A DNA stretch of 64,000 bases from assembly GCA_037447605.1 (NCBI GenBank), contig CM074820.1, forward strand, positions 1,612,001-1,676,000, read 5' to 3'. Below the pieces are notes generated by a model. The model was not told the DNA's origin. It was given only the letters and a program-made list of their open reading frames with translations, and did no database searches. The stretch comes from Zygnema circumcarinatum SAG 698-1b (Eukaryota; Plantae; Zygnematophyceae). Below are positions 24,431-37,526 of this stretch, piece after piece. Made by a program: the position numbers and the translations under genes. The first letter of the stretch is position 1. The number at the start of each line of letters is the position of its first letter.

Positions 24431-27400
24431 AGGTGGGGAGAGGGGGTAGGGGGGAGGAGGGAGAGGGAGAGAGAGGAAGGTGAGCGACTCCGGGATAAGG
24501 GTGAAACAAGATAAGGGGAAGAGGAACAGTCGGCTCCACTCCATCTCTCCCTCTCTCACTCTCTTGCCTTTCCTCTCTCTCACTCACCCCTCGCGACTCC
24601 TCTTTTCCATTTCCTTCCTATCTCTCCACTCTCTCTCTCCGTCTCTCCCTCTCTCCTTCTCTCCCTCCAAGGCTCTCCTACAATGACCTACATTCCCCTC
24701 CCTCCCTCTTCTCCCCCTCTCCCCAACCCCCTCCCCCATACTGTATTTACAGTGAATAGAAAGTACATGCTCGGCCAATCTTTGGCACTCGTTTCTATTT
24801 GAGGGCGTTTTTGTAATAGTCCTCCTCTCCCCCCCTCCCCTCCCCCTCCGTTTCCATCTCCCCCTCCCCCACCCCCTCCCTCTCCATCTCCCTCTCCCAC
24901 CCGCTCCCCCTCCCTCCCTCTCCCTCTCCCACCCCATCCCCTGCCCTCCCTCCCCCTCTCCCTCTCCCTCTCCCNNNNNNNNNNCCTCTCCCTCTCCCTC
25001 TCCCTCTCCCTCTCCCTCCCCCCTCACCTGCATGGCCCTTAGCAGGTACTGCAGCGCACCCTGAAGGCTCTCGGGCCGCCCGGCGAGCCACGGCGCGAAG
25101 GTTCCCAGAAGCCTCGCCCCCCCCTCCACCACGGCCGGGCAGCTAAAAAAAATTCCTCCTCCGGAAGCTTCCAAACCCATTTTTGCAAAAAGGCCCCCGA
25201 GAAACAAATTTACATTCTCGGGGGCTCCGGAATTGCCAATTTTCAGGCGTGCGTCTCTGGCGAAATTTTCCGAGTGCACTGCCCGGAGGGAAAAAAAAAG
25301 GGAAAGAGGAGAAGGGGGGGGGGGGGTATATGAGAAAGTTGTGGAAATTTTGGAGTTTGATAGAACAAGAAGTCATTTTTCCTTTTGAAGTTGAATTTTC
25401 AATTTTGTATCCGTTTAAAGGGAGGGAGGGAGGGAGGGAGGGAGGGAGGGAGGTGTGGGTTTACAAGATTGGGAGATGCAGCGGATTGCGAAGAGAGCAG
25501 CCTCCGCTTGTTGCCACGTGGCAGCAGCCTGGAGAGACACGTGTCCCGAGTCAAACTCATCCTTTTGAAATGCGACGAAGTTGGACGAGTCAAGCTGCGC
25601 ACCTCTCACATTTCTACTCTAAAGGGCAATTTACGATGAGACAAACAACATTGCAGAGGAAATATAGCTAAAGCTAGCTAGCACCCACCCCTCCCTCCCT
25701 CTCCCACTCCCTCCCTCTCCCACTCCCTTCCCTCCCCCTCCCCTCCCTCCCCTTCCCCTCCCCCTTCCCCTCCCCCTCCATCCCCCCNNNNNNNNNNCCT
25801 CCCTCCCCACCTCCCCACCTCCAGGCGGGCTGCCACGTGGTCAAGGTACGCCCCTCGGAGGAGGTTGTAGCACGTCTCCAGTCCGTCCGCCACTACCTGC
25901 TCTCAAAACCGCCACGTCATCACCGCCTTCACCGAATCATCAGCTGCCACGTGGCATTCCAAGAGTCACCTCCGAAACCCTAAAAGTACCTCCGATAACG
26001 TCTCCCTCCCTCTCCCTCCCCCCTCTCTCCCCACTCCCTTTCCTCTCCCTCCCCTCTTCTTTCCCACTTCCTCTCCCTCCCCTCTCCCTTCCCTCTCCCT
26101 TCCCATTCTCTCTCAAACCCTGAAGGCTTCGCTTGCTTTTAAAATGCAAGGAATTGTCGCTTTGTATCCGTTTAGCATAAATTTTCCATAAAATATCAAA
26201 ATGTGATTCAACGAACCTGGTCACGAAATCGGTGAAACGAATCTGAATCGTCCGTCGATTTGTCCCAAGATGTAAAGTCTGCAGGATATTCAGCCTGCCC
26301 TCCCCCCCCCCCCAGAAAAAAATAAATAAATAAAGGAAGGGAGAAGGGACGATGTGTTGCGTGTGGGCGAGAAACAAGAGGGAGAGAGAGAGAGAGTCGA
26401 AACCAAAATTAAAAATTACAGCACTGGTTTTTTAACACTTCTATTTTTCTAAATAATAACAGTCGTGTAGAAATGAAAGTAAAATAACACTAAAATTTAC
26501 TTTCTATACTCTATAGTGTGTAGATACAATATGTTAAAGATAATATCAAATTCGAATTGTATATTATATTATCTTTAACATTTAGGGTTTTCAGATATAC
26601 CTTCGCCACAAGAACCTGCAACAGCCTTCCGTACACCGGTCCCTTAAATTCCACTTTCCTCTCTTCCACCGCCACAGTGTTCAACATTGTAAAAAAATCA
26701 ACTCCCGATTCCACTACAGCTCTATCTCCCCGAGCAGAGCACTCGAGCATCATCTCAGCCAATGGGAGGGCCTCTTCGCACGCTTCACGCTGCGACGCGA
26801 TTAGCCGAGGCAGATTCTCCGCTATCGCTACCGCCACCCTGCACAGCCCCCTCTCTCTCTCTTCCAAAGCGACCTCTCTCTCCCCTCCCTCCACTGAAGC
26901 GAGTCTCTCTCTCTCTCCCAAGATCGTTCTCATCACCATCCGACTTGCTACATCCTGAGCTCTCCCACTCTCTCCCCACCTCTCTCTCTCTCTCCCTCCC
27001 TCCCCCTCTCCCTCTCCCTCTCCCTCTCCCTCCCTCTCCCACGTCGCAAGCAGCTCCACTATTGTCTCTACCGCCGCTTCCGCTGCCTGACTGTCATCTG
27101 AGACGAGTCCGTTTAACAGAAATCTCCACAACCGTTCGTTCTGACGGCATAGATCGCCAGCTGTCATCACGAGATTCGTCGAATCCGTACCGTCCGCCTT
27201 CAGCCACAAACGGATGAGCTGGAGGGTCGGTACGGCCAATCGGCTTCGAAAGCTGTCGGTGGAGCCACACAGAGGCTGCCACGTGTCAGCCATGTGATTG
27301 GCCAGACAGACCTCCAGCATGCGCAGGACCTCTCCCCGTCTTGACTGCAAAATTAGGGTTAGGGTTTGGGTCAAAAGTAGGTTCAATATGGGGCAAAGAT

Positions 27401-29117
27401 TGGGGTCAGAATTAGGGATGACATGGGGTAAGGATTAGGGTTAGGGTTCGGTATAAGGTGAGCTCAAGATTAGGGTTAGGTTGTTTCTCTTATTATTAAG
27501 TTTCTTTTAGAGTTTCCCTAAGGTTCTGAAGGTCTTTGGATGGAGAAGGCTAAAGATAGTCTTAGGGTTGGGAGTAGGAATGAAGGTAGGGGTGAAGGTA
27601 AGGTTAATTATAAAGTTAGGGCAGGAGTGAGTTTGCGGATAGAGCTAAAGGTCGAAATAGAAGTGCTATTGGTGTTAGGATTACGGTGAGTATTAGGGTT
27701 AAGGTTCAGATTAGAATTAGGGTTAGGATTAGCGTTAGGATTAGGGTTAGGATTAGGGTTTGGGTTAGGATTTGGGTTAGGGTTAGAATTAGGGGTAGGA
27801 TTAGGGTTAGGGGATTAGGGTTAGGATTAGGGTTTGGGTTAAGATTAAAATTAGGATTAGGTCTAGGATTAGGGCTAAAGCAAAGGAGGAGTTAATAGTT
27901 ACAGTTCGCCTATGAAATAAAGATCTCCTCTCATTTCTTTTTTATAATGCTTGTGCTTGGAAGCAAAAAGAAACGAAAGAGTTGTCAGTTTTTTCCGTCA
28001 CTTGTACGATCTTCTCCGACAAAGTTGGCACTAAAACCAATGCCCATCTTCTTGCTTTGAAGGTGCAACGTTAAATCTTAGAGCATATTGTACACACTTT
28101 CCTTTTAAAAATCTTGTGATTCTTCCTTAATGTAACATTAGACATTTTGCTTAAAAGGTAAAAGAACAAATTCAAAACTTTTATCACTCAACCACCTGAA
28201 GTCCCCCCCTCACACAAATGCGACTGCTTCCAAAAATCAGCAAACCCTAATCAACTCTCCTATGCAAATCTGAATTCGTCCCAGACCCTCGTCTCCTTCC
28301 TCTCTACCCCCTCCCGTCCCCTCAACCCTAATTCTCTCCCTCCTGCCCCTCCCTCCCTCACCCTCTCCCTCTCTCCCCTCCCCACAACCCCCCCACTCTC
28401 CACCGCTCCCCTTTCGGCCCCCCCACCACACAAACACTCCACCCCCACCCTCCAAATGCCTCTCAACTCAAAACCAAACAATTAAAACAACCCTGAAAAA
28501 ACCCACATCTCAGAATCTCCAAACCCTAATTTCCTCACCTGCATTGCAGCCCCCACTCTCACCCTGCTCCTCCTCTCCATCCCCTCTCCCTCCTCCGCCA
28601 CCGCCTGAAGGAGAGCCATCACTACCGCCATAGTCTGCTCTCCCGCCTTCCCTCCTCCCGCTCCACCCGCCGCATGGAGCGCGTTGTCTATCAGTTCCGT
28701 TGTACTGAGCACCCCCTTTCCATGCTCCGCCTCCTCTCGCTCCTCCGGCGGCCGCACCGCGATGGCAGCCAGCACGAGGCAGACACGTGCGACGACGACA
28801 GCTGGCGCTGACGTGTCGGACATCCACGTGGCAAGCAGTTGGCAGAGACACGTGGCAAGGTTGGCGCGTTCTGGGGGCGACAGCTGGCGCCAGTCTCCCG
28901 GGGACCGCACCTTGGAGAGGAGCATGTTGGCGCAGAAGAAGCGGAGCTCGGGAGAGGAGCCATGGCTGCCGAGGAGGGCGAGGGAGGCGGGCCACGCGGC
29001 GGGAGAGGAGGAGAAGGAGAGGAGCCACGTGGCAGCGTCTCCTTTGCGGAGGGGGTCGGGGTGGCCGTACAGTACGGAGATGGCCTCAGCGAGCTGAGCG
29101 GGCGGGGAGAGGGACAT
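21655..29117 (-). CDS. Importin-13/transportin-SR (TNPO3/MOS14-like) HEAT-repeat karyopherin, ~10 exons
   Basis: N-terminus MSLSPPAQLAEAISVLYGHPDP..AATWLLSFSSSPAAW..PELRFFCANMLLSKVR..WRQL. Xpo1-like region ..LPLAEMMLEC..DRAVVESGVDFFTML; AEYPADFTSWD..FHRFRDQ|VVADGLETCY; ATWQQAEAALFAIRCI. C-terminus [29 protein letters not shown]. Confidence 0.85.
22770..23330 (+). repeat. Composite telomere-like/poly-G minisatellite in an importin intron
   Basis: Units such as gggggggtacggattttagggttt (~22 bp) and a ~54-bp higher-order unit containing ggatggggggaggggttgg, repeated 3-4 times. Confidence 0.9.
27355..27880 (+). repeat. (TTAGGG/TTAGGA)n telomere-like hexamer tract in importin intron 1
   Basis: ttagggttaggattagggtt... 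most regular at 27686..27875. Confidence 0.85.
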
Positions 29118-30066
29118 TTGGGGCGGTATGGGAGAGAGAGAGCGGGAGAGGGAGAGGGAGAGGGAGAGGGAGGGGAAAAGGGGGGGGACAAGGGGCGAAA
29201 GAGGATTAGGAATGGCAGAGAACGAGGAGAGAGAGAGAGATACTGGAGAGGGAAAGGAGAGAAGCGGGGGGTGGGAGAGAGGAGCGGTGGGAGGGGCCGG
29301 CTGCCACGTGGCGCGGACTATCGGAGCGGGGACGAGGGAGAGCCCGCCCTCGCGTGTGCGACGGGCCGCTCTCCGCAACTGGCGGCAGGGGTTGCGGAAC
29401 TGCCAACGGACAGGCCCACACGTGACGAGGGGACATGTGCGCGCATACTGTCACAGTTGCAACGGGCCTAAGTGTGACATGGAGAGAAACATGGAACAGC
29501 GTTGAGAGGTCCTGTGGTACGACTATATCGAGATATGCAATGTCGATATCAATGTTGATATTCGGTACAAAGGGCCAATCAATGTTCACCGTTCTTAAGA
29601 CATTGCGATGCTCGTGTTAAAGGTCTACTGAATGCCAACAGGCACCATTGAATTCGCCTTTGGCAACGATTGGCGGCCAATGGTTGAACCATCGCCATTC
29701 ATTGCCAGGCATTGTCTGCCAATGGCTGGTTGTGAAGAAAGGAAGTGGCATTGATCTCACGATGGCGATGATGCCAACAAATGTACATGGACAAAATCAT
29801 CATGGGGAACCACGAGGAACTGGCCGCAAAGGACCTAAGGAGAAGAGAACACAGCTAGGAACGGAAAGCTACGCCTAGGCTCAACAACGCTTCAAGCCCT
29901 CCCTAGAAGCAGCCGCAAAGGTCGCCAAGGGATGGCACGAGGGATGGCCGCACGTGCGATCCTTTTATACTTCGTTTTATAATTCGTTTCGTGAGTTCAA
30001 TCAAACATCATTCTCTCGTTTTGTAACTCGGACTTTTAGAACTATAAAAGTAGGTCCTAAAAACTT

Positions 30067-30960
30067 GGGTAGTGATATTTCCACCCCTTTTTTGGATCCA
30101 AACACCCCTTCCCGGCCGGGCAGATTTCAAAAAGGATTAAAAACGGAAAATGCTTTTTTCACACCTTTTTGGAATCGATACCCACCCTCCATCGGCAGAT
30201 TTTATTTTTGCGAAACAAGGAAATAACCCGTCACCCCATTTTGAATATCCCGCCTACCTGAATTTTTTTTCACGCGTGCGGCCAATCGCAGCCGTCGATT
30301 CCCTCGCAGATCGCAACATTGCAGATCACTATTTGCTCTGCAGGAGGGCTCGGTCACAGCGAATGGCAGGTGCCCACGTATCCCGCCAAAGTCGTCTCAA
30401 AAAGTTGTCCGTACAAATGTCGTACGGTCGCAACTTTGAGGAACCCAATATTTCGTACATTGAGAGCTTGGACCAATCAAAGTTTTTCACGTCAAAAATT
30501 TAACACGTGGCAGCGCACTCGCGCGTGCGATCCGGCTTTGGCGGGACTCGTGGGCGGTTTCCATTCGATAAGATCGAGCCCGGCAGCAGATCGAACGGTG
30601 ACCTGCAGTGGTGCGATCTGCGGGGGAAATCGACAGATGCGATTGACACGCACGTGTGAAGGACGGACACCAGCGAACGATCTCGTGGCGGACGGATCTT
30701 CCGCTCCGAGCGGATTCGGGCAGGCAGATATTTCTTTCCCTCAAAAAAAAAATTCAGGGAGGCGGGATACAGTATTCAAAATGCGGTGACGGGGTATCAT
30801 TTTCCTTGGTTAGCAAAGATAAAATCAGCCGACGGAAGAAGGTGGGTATCGATTCCAAAAAGGTGTGAAAATAGCATTTTCCGTTTTTAATCCCTTTTGA
30901 AATCTGCCCGGCCGGGAAGGGGTGTTTGGATCCAAAAAAGGGGTGGAAATATCACTACCC
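30067..30960. mobile_element. Non-autonomous foldback (Mutator-like) DNA transposon, ~894 bp, 8-bp TSD AAAAACTT
   Basis: Left end gggtagtgatatttccaccccttttttggatccaaacaccccttcccggccgggcagatttc is the reverse complement of the right end (..gaaatatcactaccc 30960). Imperfect complementarity extends inward ~350 bp. AAAAACTT lies at 30059..30066 and 30961..30968. Confidence 0.9.
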
Positions 30961-33510
30961 AAAAACTTTTGTTTTGTTTTAATATCGGTACAGTACGGAT
31001 GAGTGTACAGTATGGTATCGTACGGATAGTTCAAGTGCCGTGGTTTAATCGCCATTCGCCAAACAACTGGCCGCCGTCCAACCGCTGCACTGCCAATGCC
31101 ATTGGAGCAGGTGTACAAGTGCTATAAATTGATATAAAAGTAATATAAAAGTAATATAAAAATCGAAAAATGCTTTTACGGTTATCCCTATGTGGCTTCC
31201 TAGTTGTGAACGGTGGTTGAATCCAAACGTTTGAACTTTCAGCTGATTTCAACTGTTTCATCTCAACCACCGCAGTTCCGTTGACGGCAACAGTAACAAC
31301 CGCATGATTTTTCATGTGTCAAACAAAAAAATGTCCGGAATGAAGCCACTAGCTGTCTGCCACGTGGCACATTCATGTACGGAACGGTCCATGCAAGATG
31401 GACGTATCCGCCATCCGTGCCGTACGGCAAACATTCGTGATATCCGAGGACAGGTCGCGGTCGGCGGGCACAGGCCGTTACACTTCTGCGGCAAGCGCAT
31501 CCGTACATTGAGCACCGACCACGACCGACCATAACCGCCAATCACACACAGGAAGGACCGCCTGAGTCTCGCCACGCGTCGAGTGGAGGGCCCTCCGCCG
31601 TTGGACGGCGACGTCCGCTCCCGTCCGCAGAGTTCAACCCTTTGTGAGACCAGCCGCATCTGACTTTTGACCACATCAACAAAGACAAAAACGAACTGCT
31701 CGAGAAATTGTACGGCAGGTGAATGATTTTCGACAGGCTGGATCTCAGTGAACGCTCGTTCGGCCTGTCATTGAATAGCGTACGGACAATAATTGAATTC
31801 GAATCTTGCGGGCGGCAAGTGGGACAAGATTTGGAGCCATATTTTTGTCGTAAGCGACAGGGCCAGGGGGATTCGAAGCGCCGACTACGCAATTGGAGTT
31901 TCCTTAACCGACAAAATAGAAATGTCGGCAGCTGCACCTGCCGACAAAGCGGCCGGTGGGACTGCCGGCCGGCAGAATTTCCTGATGGCGACGCTGGGCG
32001 GTTGAAGTTCAAGTGGATCCCCGCCCGCCCGCTGCGCCACAGATCAAAATCTCCTACAAATTCTGTAGATCCGATTGGGGTGGATCTCCAACAGGTCGTG
32101 CATGAAAACTGTACGAAGAGGGCCGCGAAGCTTGTCGGCATCGAAGGGCCGTACAAACGGAGCAACGGGATATATGTGCCACAGTTACAGTTCCGCCGTC
32201 ACATGTCCCAACAGCGCCGCTGCATGTAAACTGCAAGCATGGAATAGGAATCCATCGCCATGCGCATGCATGCATGGACATGCGTTTGTGGTCGCTGCCA
32301 TGCCATGCATAGCTTGCCTTGCGCATCCAAACGCTTCACATATATGCTGTAGTTCAATTGTGTGTGTATGAGAGAGAGGGGAGAAAAAGGGGAAGGGTTT
32401 TCCCTTACAAAGTGTTCGCTGCTTGAATAGTTGAATTGGGGACCGCCATGGCTCAGAAATGACAGTACTCCCGTAGACGCGGACATCGCTGCTCAGAAGT
32501 GAGCGACAAGAGACAGAATTGGACGTGTGGGATTGCACGGAGCCATGCATGAGTGCTCATGGAACCATCCATGAGCATTCATCCATCCATTCATGAGCGG
32601 TTCAAGCACAATGGAGGCATGTTGGAAACCAAATCAAGGCGGGTTGACGTCGCAATTTTGATTGTGTGATTGCGTTTGTACGAGTCACGTCTGTTAGTTT
32701 CCAGAGAGTGATCCCCAAAGGCAGGCTCTGCTTTGCATGTTGAGGAGTTCAAGGTTTCCATGCTATAATGTACCGAAGGTGAACGGAAACAATAAACATT
32801 GACATCACGCACGATAATATAAAATTAAAATAACATTTAACTTCCTGATTGTTGGTTCAAGGAGCTTGGTGATCTGTCTGCAAGTTGATTGCCAAATGCG
32901 TTGATGGAGGGTGAGGGAGTGGCAAAAGGGGGGGAGAGCGATAGGGAGGAAGTGGAGGGCAGGAGAAGGGTGGAAAATCAAGAAATGAGGGAAGAGTGGG
33001 AGATGAGTGAAAAGGGAAGAGTGTGAGAGGGAAGCACGAGAGAGTAAGAGGAGAGAAAAAGTGGGGAATTGATAGATGGGGAAGAGATGGGGGATACATA
33101 GGCATGAAAGAGAGAGGGGACATATGAGTGGAGGGTGGGAAATGGAAGGGAATAGTGACTGGCACGAGGGAGAGAGAGGGAGAGGGACGAGAGGGAGAGG
33201 AGGGAGAAAGGAGGGAGAGGGCGGCTATAAGGGAATGGGAAATTCAAGGAAGAGGAAACAGGTGAGAGAGGAAAGTAGGAGGGGATCGAAGAGACGATCG
33301 AGAAAGGCCAGAGGAGCGGAGAAAACGAGGGAGAAGGTGACGTTATTAAATGGAGGGAGAGGGAGGAGAGGAGGGAGGCTGGAAAAGCAAAGCGGGAGTG
33401 ATGACGAATAGAGAAAAGACGTAGGAAACATTTGAAGAATAATGGGTAGAGAAGAGGCAAGGACTATGGGAAGGAGATCGGTCCAGTGATTGTGACCACG
33501 ATTGTATGGA

Positions 33511-33907
33511 GGGAGAGAAGTAGTGAGGGACGGTCGGACGGAGGGAGGGAATGGAGGGAGGGACCGAGGGAGAGAGAGAAGTAGCGAGGGACGGTCGGAC
33601 GGAGAGAGGGAGGGGAGGGACAGAGGGAGGGAGAGAAGTAGCGAGGGACGGTCGTACGGAGGGAGGGAGGAAGGGAGGGAGGGACAGAAGGAGGGAGAGA
33701 AGTAGCGAGGGACGGTCGGACGGAGGGAGGGAGTGGAGGGAGGGACCGAGGGAGAGAGAGAAGTAGCGAGGGACGGTCGGACGGAGAGAGGGAGGGGAGG
33801 GACAGAGGGAGGGAGAGAAGTAGCGAGGGACGGTCGTACGGAGGGAGGGAGGAAGGGAGGGAGGGACAGAAGGTGGGAGAGAAGTAGCGAGGGACGGTCG
33901 GACGGTG
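33511..33907. repeat. Minisatellite: 7 copies of core gagagaagtagcgagggacggtcg(g/t)acgg with GA-rich linkers in a 3-unit higher-order period (~181 bp)
   Basis: Cores at ~33513, 33575, 33632, 33694, 33756, 33813, 33877; linkers recur in order 1-2-3-1-2-3. Confidence 0.9.
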
Positions 33908-34995
33908 GGAGGGAGAAAGAGACAAGAACGGAATGAGGAGAGGCGATCCGAAAATAACGGGGGGCGGGAAATGCGGGGCGGCGGGGGTGACTTAAACCGG
34001 AGGCGAAGGTTCGCCGTCCATTCGACGAACAGCGAACAGTGCGCGATCTTGGCCGTTGTGCGAACAGTGACAGAAGATTTCCGGCGAGCCTTGTCCTCTT
34101 CCTTTCTCGTCCCGGCGGGAGGTCCCCTCTCTCCACTACTGTAGGCTATGTCCCACTGTGCGACCGACGGAAAGTTCAATGCCTTGCTCTGTCTATCTCT
34201 CTCTCTGACTCACTCTCTCCCTCTCTCTCTCTCTTTCAATCGTACACATCGTCCCTTCTCTCTCACAGCGACTCTCGCCTCTTCTCCCTCTCCCTCTCCC
34301 TCTCTCTGCCATTCAGACTACAAGTCCAAGTCTCAGCACGCATCCAAAGTTCAAGTCTGGCTAACTCGCCCTCTCTTTTTCATCTTAACACGTTCCCTCT
34401 TTTACTCGTCCCCTTGGTTCCGCTTTATTCCTACTCTCTCTCTCATTCCACTTACTCTCCCTCCCACTTTCATCACTTCCAGTCCTCAGTGATTCGGTAC
34501 ACTCTATAGCAAAGCTCTTTTTCCCCCTCTCGCACTTTTCTCTCTCCTGATCTGTGACCTGACTTCTCTCTCTCACTCACGCTGCCGGTCTTCTATTTAG
34601 CATCCCTCTGTTCCTCTGCGTCTCGTCGGTATTTATCTCTGTCTCAGATTCATCCTTTCATTTCCTTCCTTTCACATTCCTCACATTCCCTCGTTCCCAC
34701 GTTTCCCTCGAAGCACTTCCCTCTCGGTTTCAGGAGTGACACTCCCCCCAATTCTCTCGCTTACACACGCTCCCTCTCTCCCTCTCACTCCTTCTCTTTT
34801 TCTCTCGCTTCTTTCTTCTCTCTCCCACTCTCTCTCCGCCCATTTCTTTTTTTCTCTCTCTCGCTCTCTCTCACACTCTCTCTCTGGATTCTCTCTCTTT
34901 CGCTCGTGTGAGCAAGTGGCGAGTACAGGAGGACGCTACTTTTGTTGAAGGGAGGGCGTACATTCGCTTTGCGGCTTTAGTGCGCGAATAGAAAA

Positions 34996-35116
<121 letters not shown>

Positions 35117-37526
35117 CTCTCTCTCACTTCCCCTCCCCCCCCTCTCTCTCCAATCCTTTGTTTCGTTCGAGCACCCTTGCAACCACTTAGTTCAGTGTAA
35201 GTCCCCACTACAGCCGAGCCACATCATGTGTGTCCAATGCTTGCCGTCTTCACCCAAATACATCCGTCGCGTGTGCATTTCTGCTCCTTTCCTTCATTCA
35301 GTCAATGATGTTGATGTTGTTGATGTTGTTGTTGTTGCTGTTCTTGTCCCTTGCAATGCAGCGAGCACCCCGCTGCCTTTGCTCTGAAACTGAGCTCGTC
35401 AGCTCTGAGGCGGATTCAGCTCACGGGCTCAGTCACGTTTTTATGAATGTCGCCAAAAACTCTATCGTCGATTGGATTTCATTGTCATTTCATGACCGCC
35501 CCACCTTGTGCATGTTTTCCCAATCCTCCGCAGAGTCGCACAACCTCTCTAAGGTTTCATGTCCGACGTCGCCGTTCAGCGTAGCTCCCAACAGTCCCCA
35601 CAGATGCTGTCCGCTATATGGACTCTCCATGTTCATGGAACTGCGAACTGCGAACGGGAATTCTCAAATTTTTAGCGTTCGAATTTTGCCAGCGCGTCCC
35701 CGCGCCCGGGGGGTCCGCCGCGAATTTTGACCGTATGGACAATTTCCTCTCCGCTGTCCTTTGTCGTTTTGCGCGCACAATCCGCCTTGAGCCTCGAATC
35801 CCGGGCGTCGGATCCGCGATCTGCGGCGCGATTGAACTGGGTGGGTGGATCCGGAGAGGAATTCTGCCGCCCGGCGAGCGCTAACGGACAAGCGAATTTG
35901 CAGCCGGCCGGCAACTGTAACTGTCAGCCGTTTGTCGTACGTGAATCACACCGACATTTCTCGTTTGTCAGTTTGGGAAAGGCCGCGATCCGCAGTCGGC
36001 GGCAGGGCGACCTGGCCCTGCAGATACGACAACAGTTATAGCACTGTATGTGATCACACGTGTTAGCCGCCCGGACCCGGCTTTGAATGTCGGTAGAAGC
36101 GAAAATCAATGGCAGAAGGGACGAGCGTTCAGTGATATCCAGGCTGGCACGTTCATTTTTTTGGATTCTCCTGCCGTACACGTACGAATGGAAGACATTT
36201 TGTCGTTTTGCGAGGAAGTCAACCTCGGATTTTGCGGTCTTAACAGACCCGCATCTGCGGCAGGGAAAGCCGACGGCCGGAAATTTGGGTCGTGGAACAT
36301 CGGACGGTCAGATTTGGCCGATGGTCGCTTTCAGGCGGTCCTGGCACCATCCGATCGTCTGCTTTGGTCGGCACGCACGGGCTTCGGGCAAGCTAACGGC
36401 TGCCGCGACCGCAGGAATCCACCCCCGACAAGAGAAAGTCAAATCCATTTTTTAGAGGAAAAAAAGATTAGAATGTCAGCATTACTGCAAGGAACATGCG
36501 CTCTCTAAGATCTGGATTGGATCAAAACTGTTATTACTCTACCTCAACATTGCATATAGAATAACATTTTAACCTGCCCGAAATTCGTTCCAGCCTGCCC
36601 GCCAAACGGTTACGCCTCGCGCCGCGTCTCCGCCGCCGCTCGCTTTTGGCCGTCCGCGTCTTCCGCCGCCCTCCCTTCCTGTCCGTACAATATTTCCGTA
36701 CATATACTCAATCATTGGAGTGTTCGTACACGCCCCGCGCTTCCCTCAACGGCTGCCCTCTCCGCGCGCCACCTGTCCCATCCAAGGCCCATTCGTACGC
36801 CCACTCTCCGTCTCCGTGCACCATCTGTCATCATTGCCCCCAGAAACGCCAAAAACCGCATGCGCAAGATCCAAAACATCCCAACCCGCCCGCCCGCCGC
36901 GGTCTCCGCCCCACCGCTGCCTAATTTGTCACGTAGCGCCACGTGGCACCCCTGGAGCCGTCAGGGCCCAGCCCGCCGTGTCTGCGTGCCCGCTTTTTGT
37001 CGCGTAGCGGAAGCCCCACACCTACCGGCCGGCCCGGCGCGTCCGGCCCGTGAGCGGACGCCACGTGGTCCGTACGGTCGGCCGCCGCTGCGCGCCGCCC
37101 GGGCGGGCGCCTCCCTCCTCGCGGCGGCGGAGGGAGGGGGCCGGGTCCCGCTGACGCGCCCCTTTAATTGGGGGGAGGGAGCGGGGCGAAAGGGACAGAC
37201 AGCGGGGAGCGGGAGAGAGGGAAAGAGAGAGACAGAGAGAGAGGGTGATATAGATTTGGAGGAATAGGGGGAGAGCAGACGCAGGAGAGGCACTGGGAGG
37301 AGAGAGAGATAGAATACTGGACGAGAGAAGAGGAAGAGGAAATAAAGAGAGAGAGAGAGGTGAGAGAGAGAGTGGGGGGGAGAAAAATTTAGATGCTAAT
37401 TAATTAAAGGGGAATCTCAGAATAGAATTAGAAGAAGCTCAGGTTACCGATTAAGTCTGAGAAACCGCCAGCACAGAGTGAGATAGAAAGGGAGAGACAG
37501 AGACACAGAGAGAGAGAGAGCGAGCC

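Noticed and set aside
25880-25950. Apparent in-frame TGA (RF*EQVV) in the importin gene suggesting C-to-U editing or readthrough
   Set aside because: A separate exon (~26294..26217) supplies FHRFRDQ, and the true acceptor is gagcag|GTAGTG, so the TGA is intronic.
31600-32230. Possible exons (PHLTFDHINKDKNELLEKLYG; VVHENCTKRAAKLVGIEGPY) of a gene or transposase relic
   Set aside because: No consistent start, stop or splice path could be built and no family was recognised.
33511-33907. CRISPR-like repeat-spacer pattern
   Set aside because: Spacers are low-complexity and recur in order, there are no cas genes, and the context is eukaryotic.
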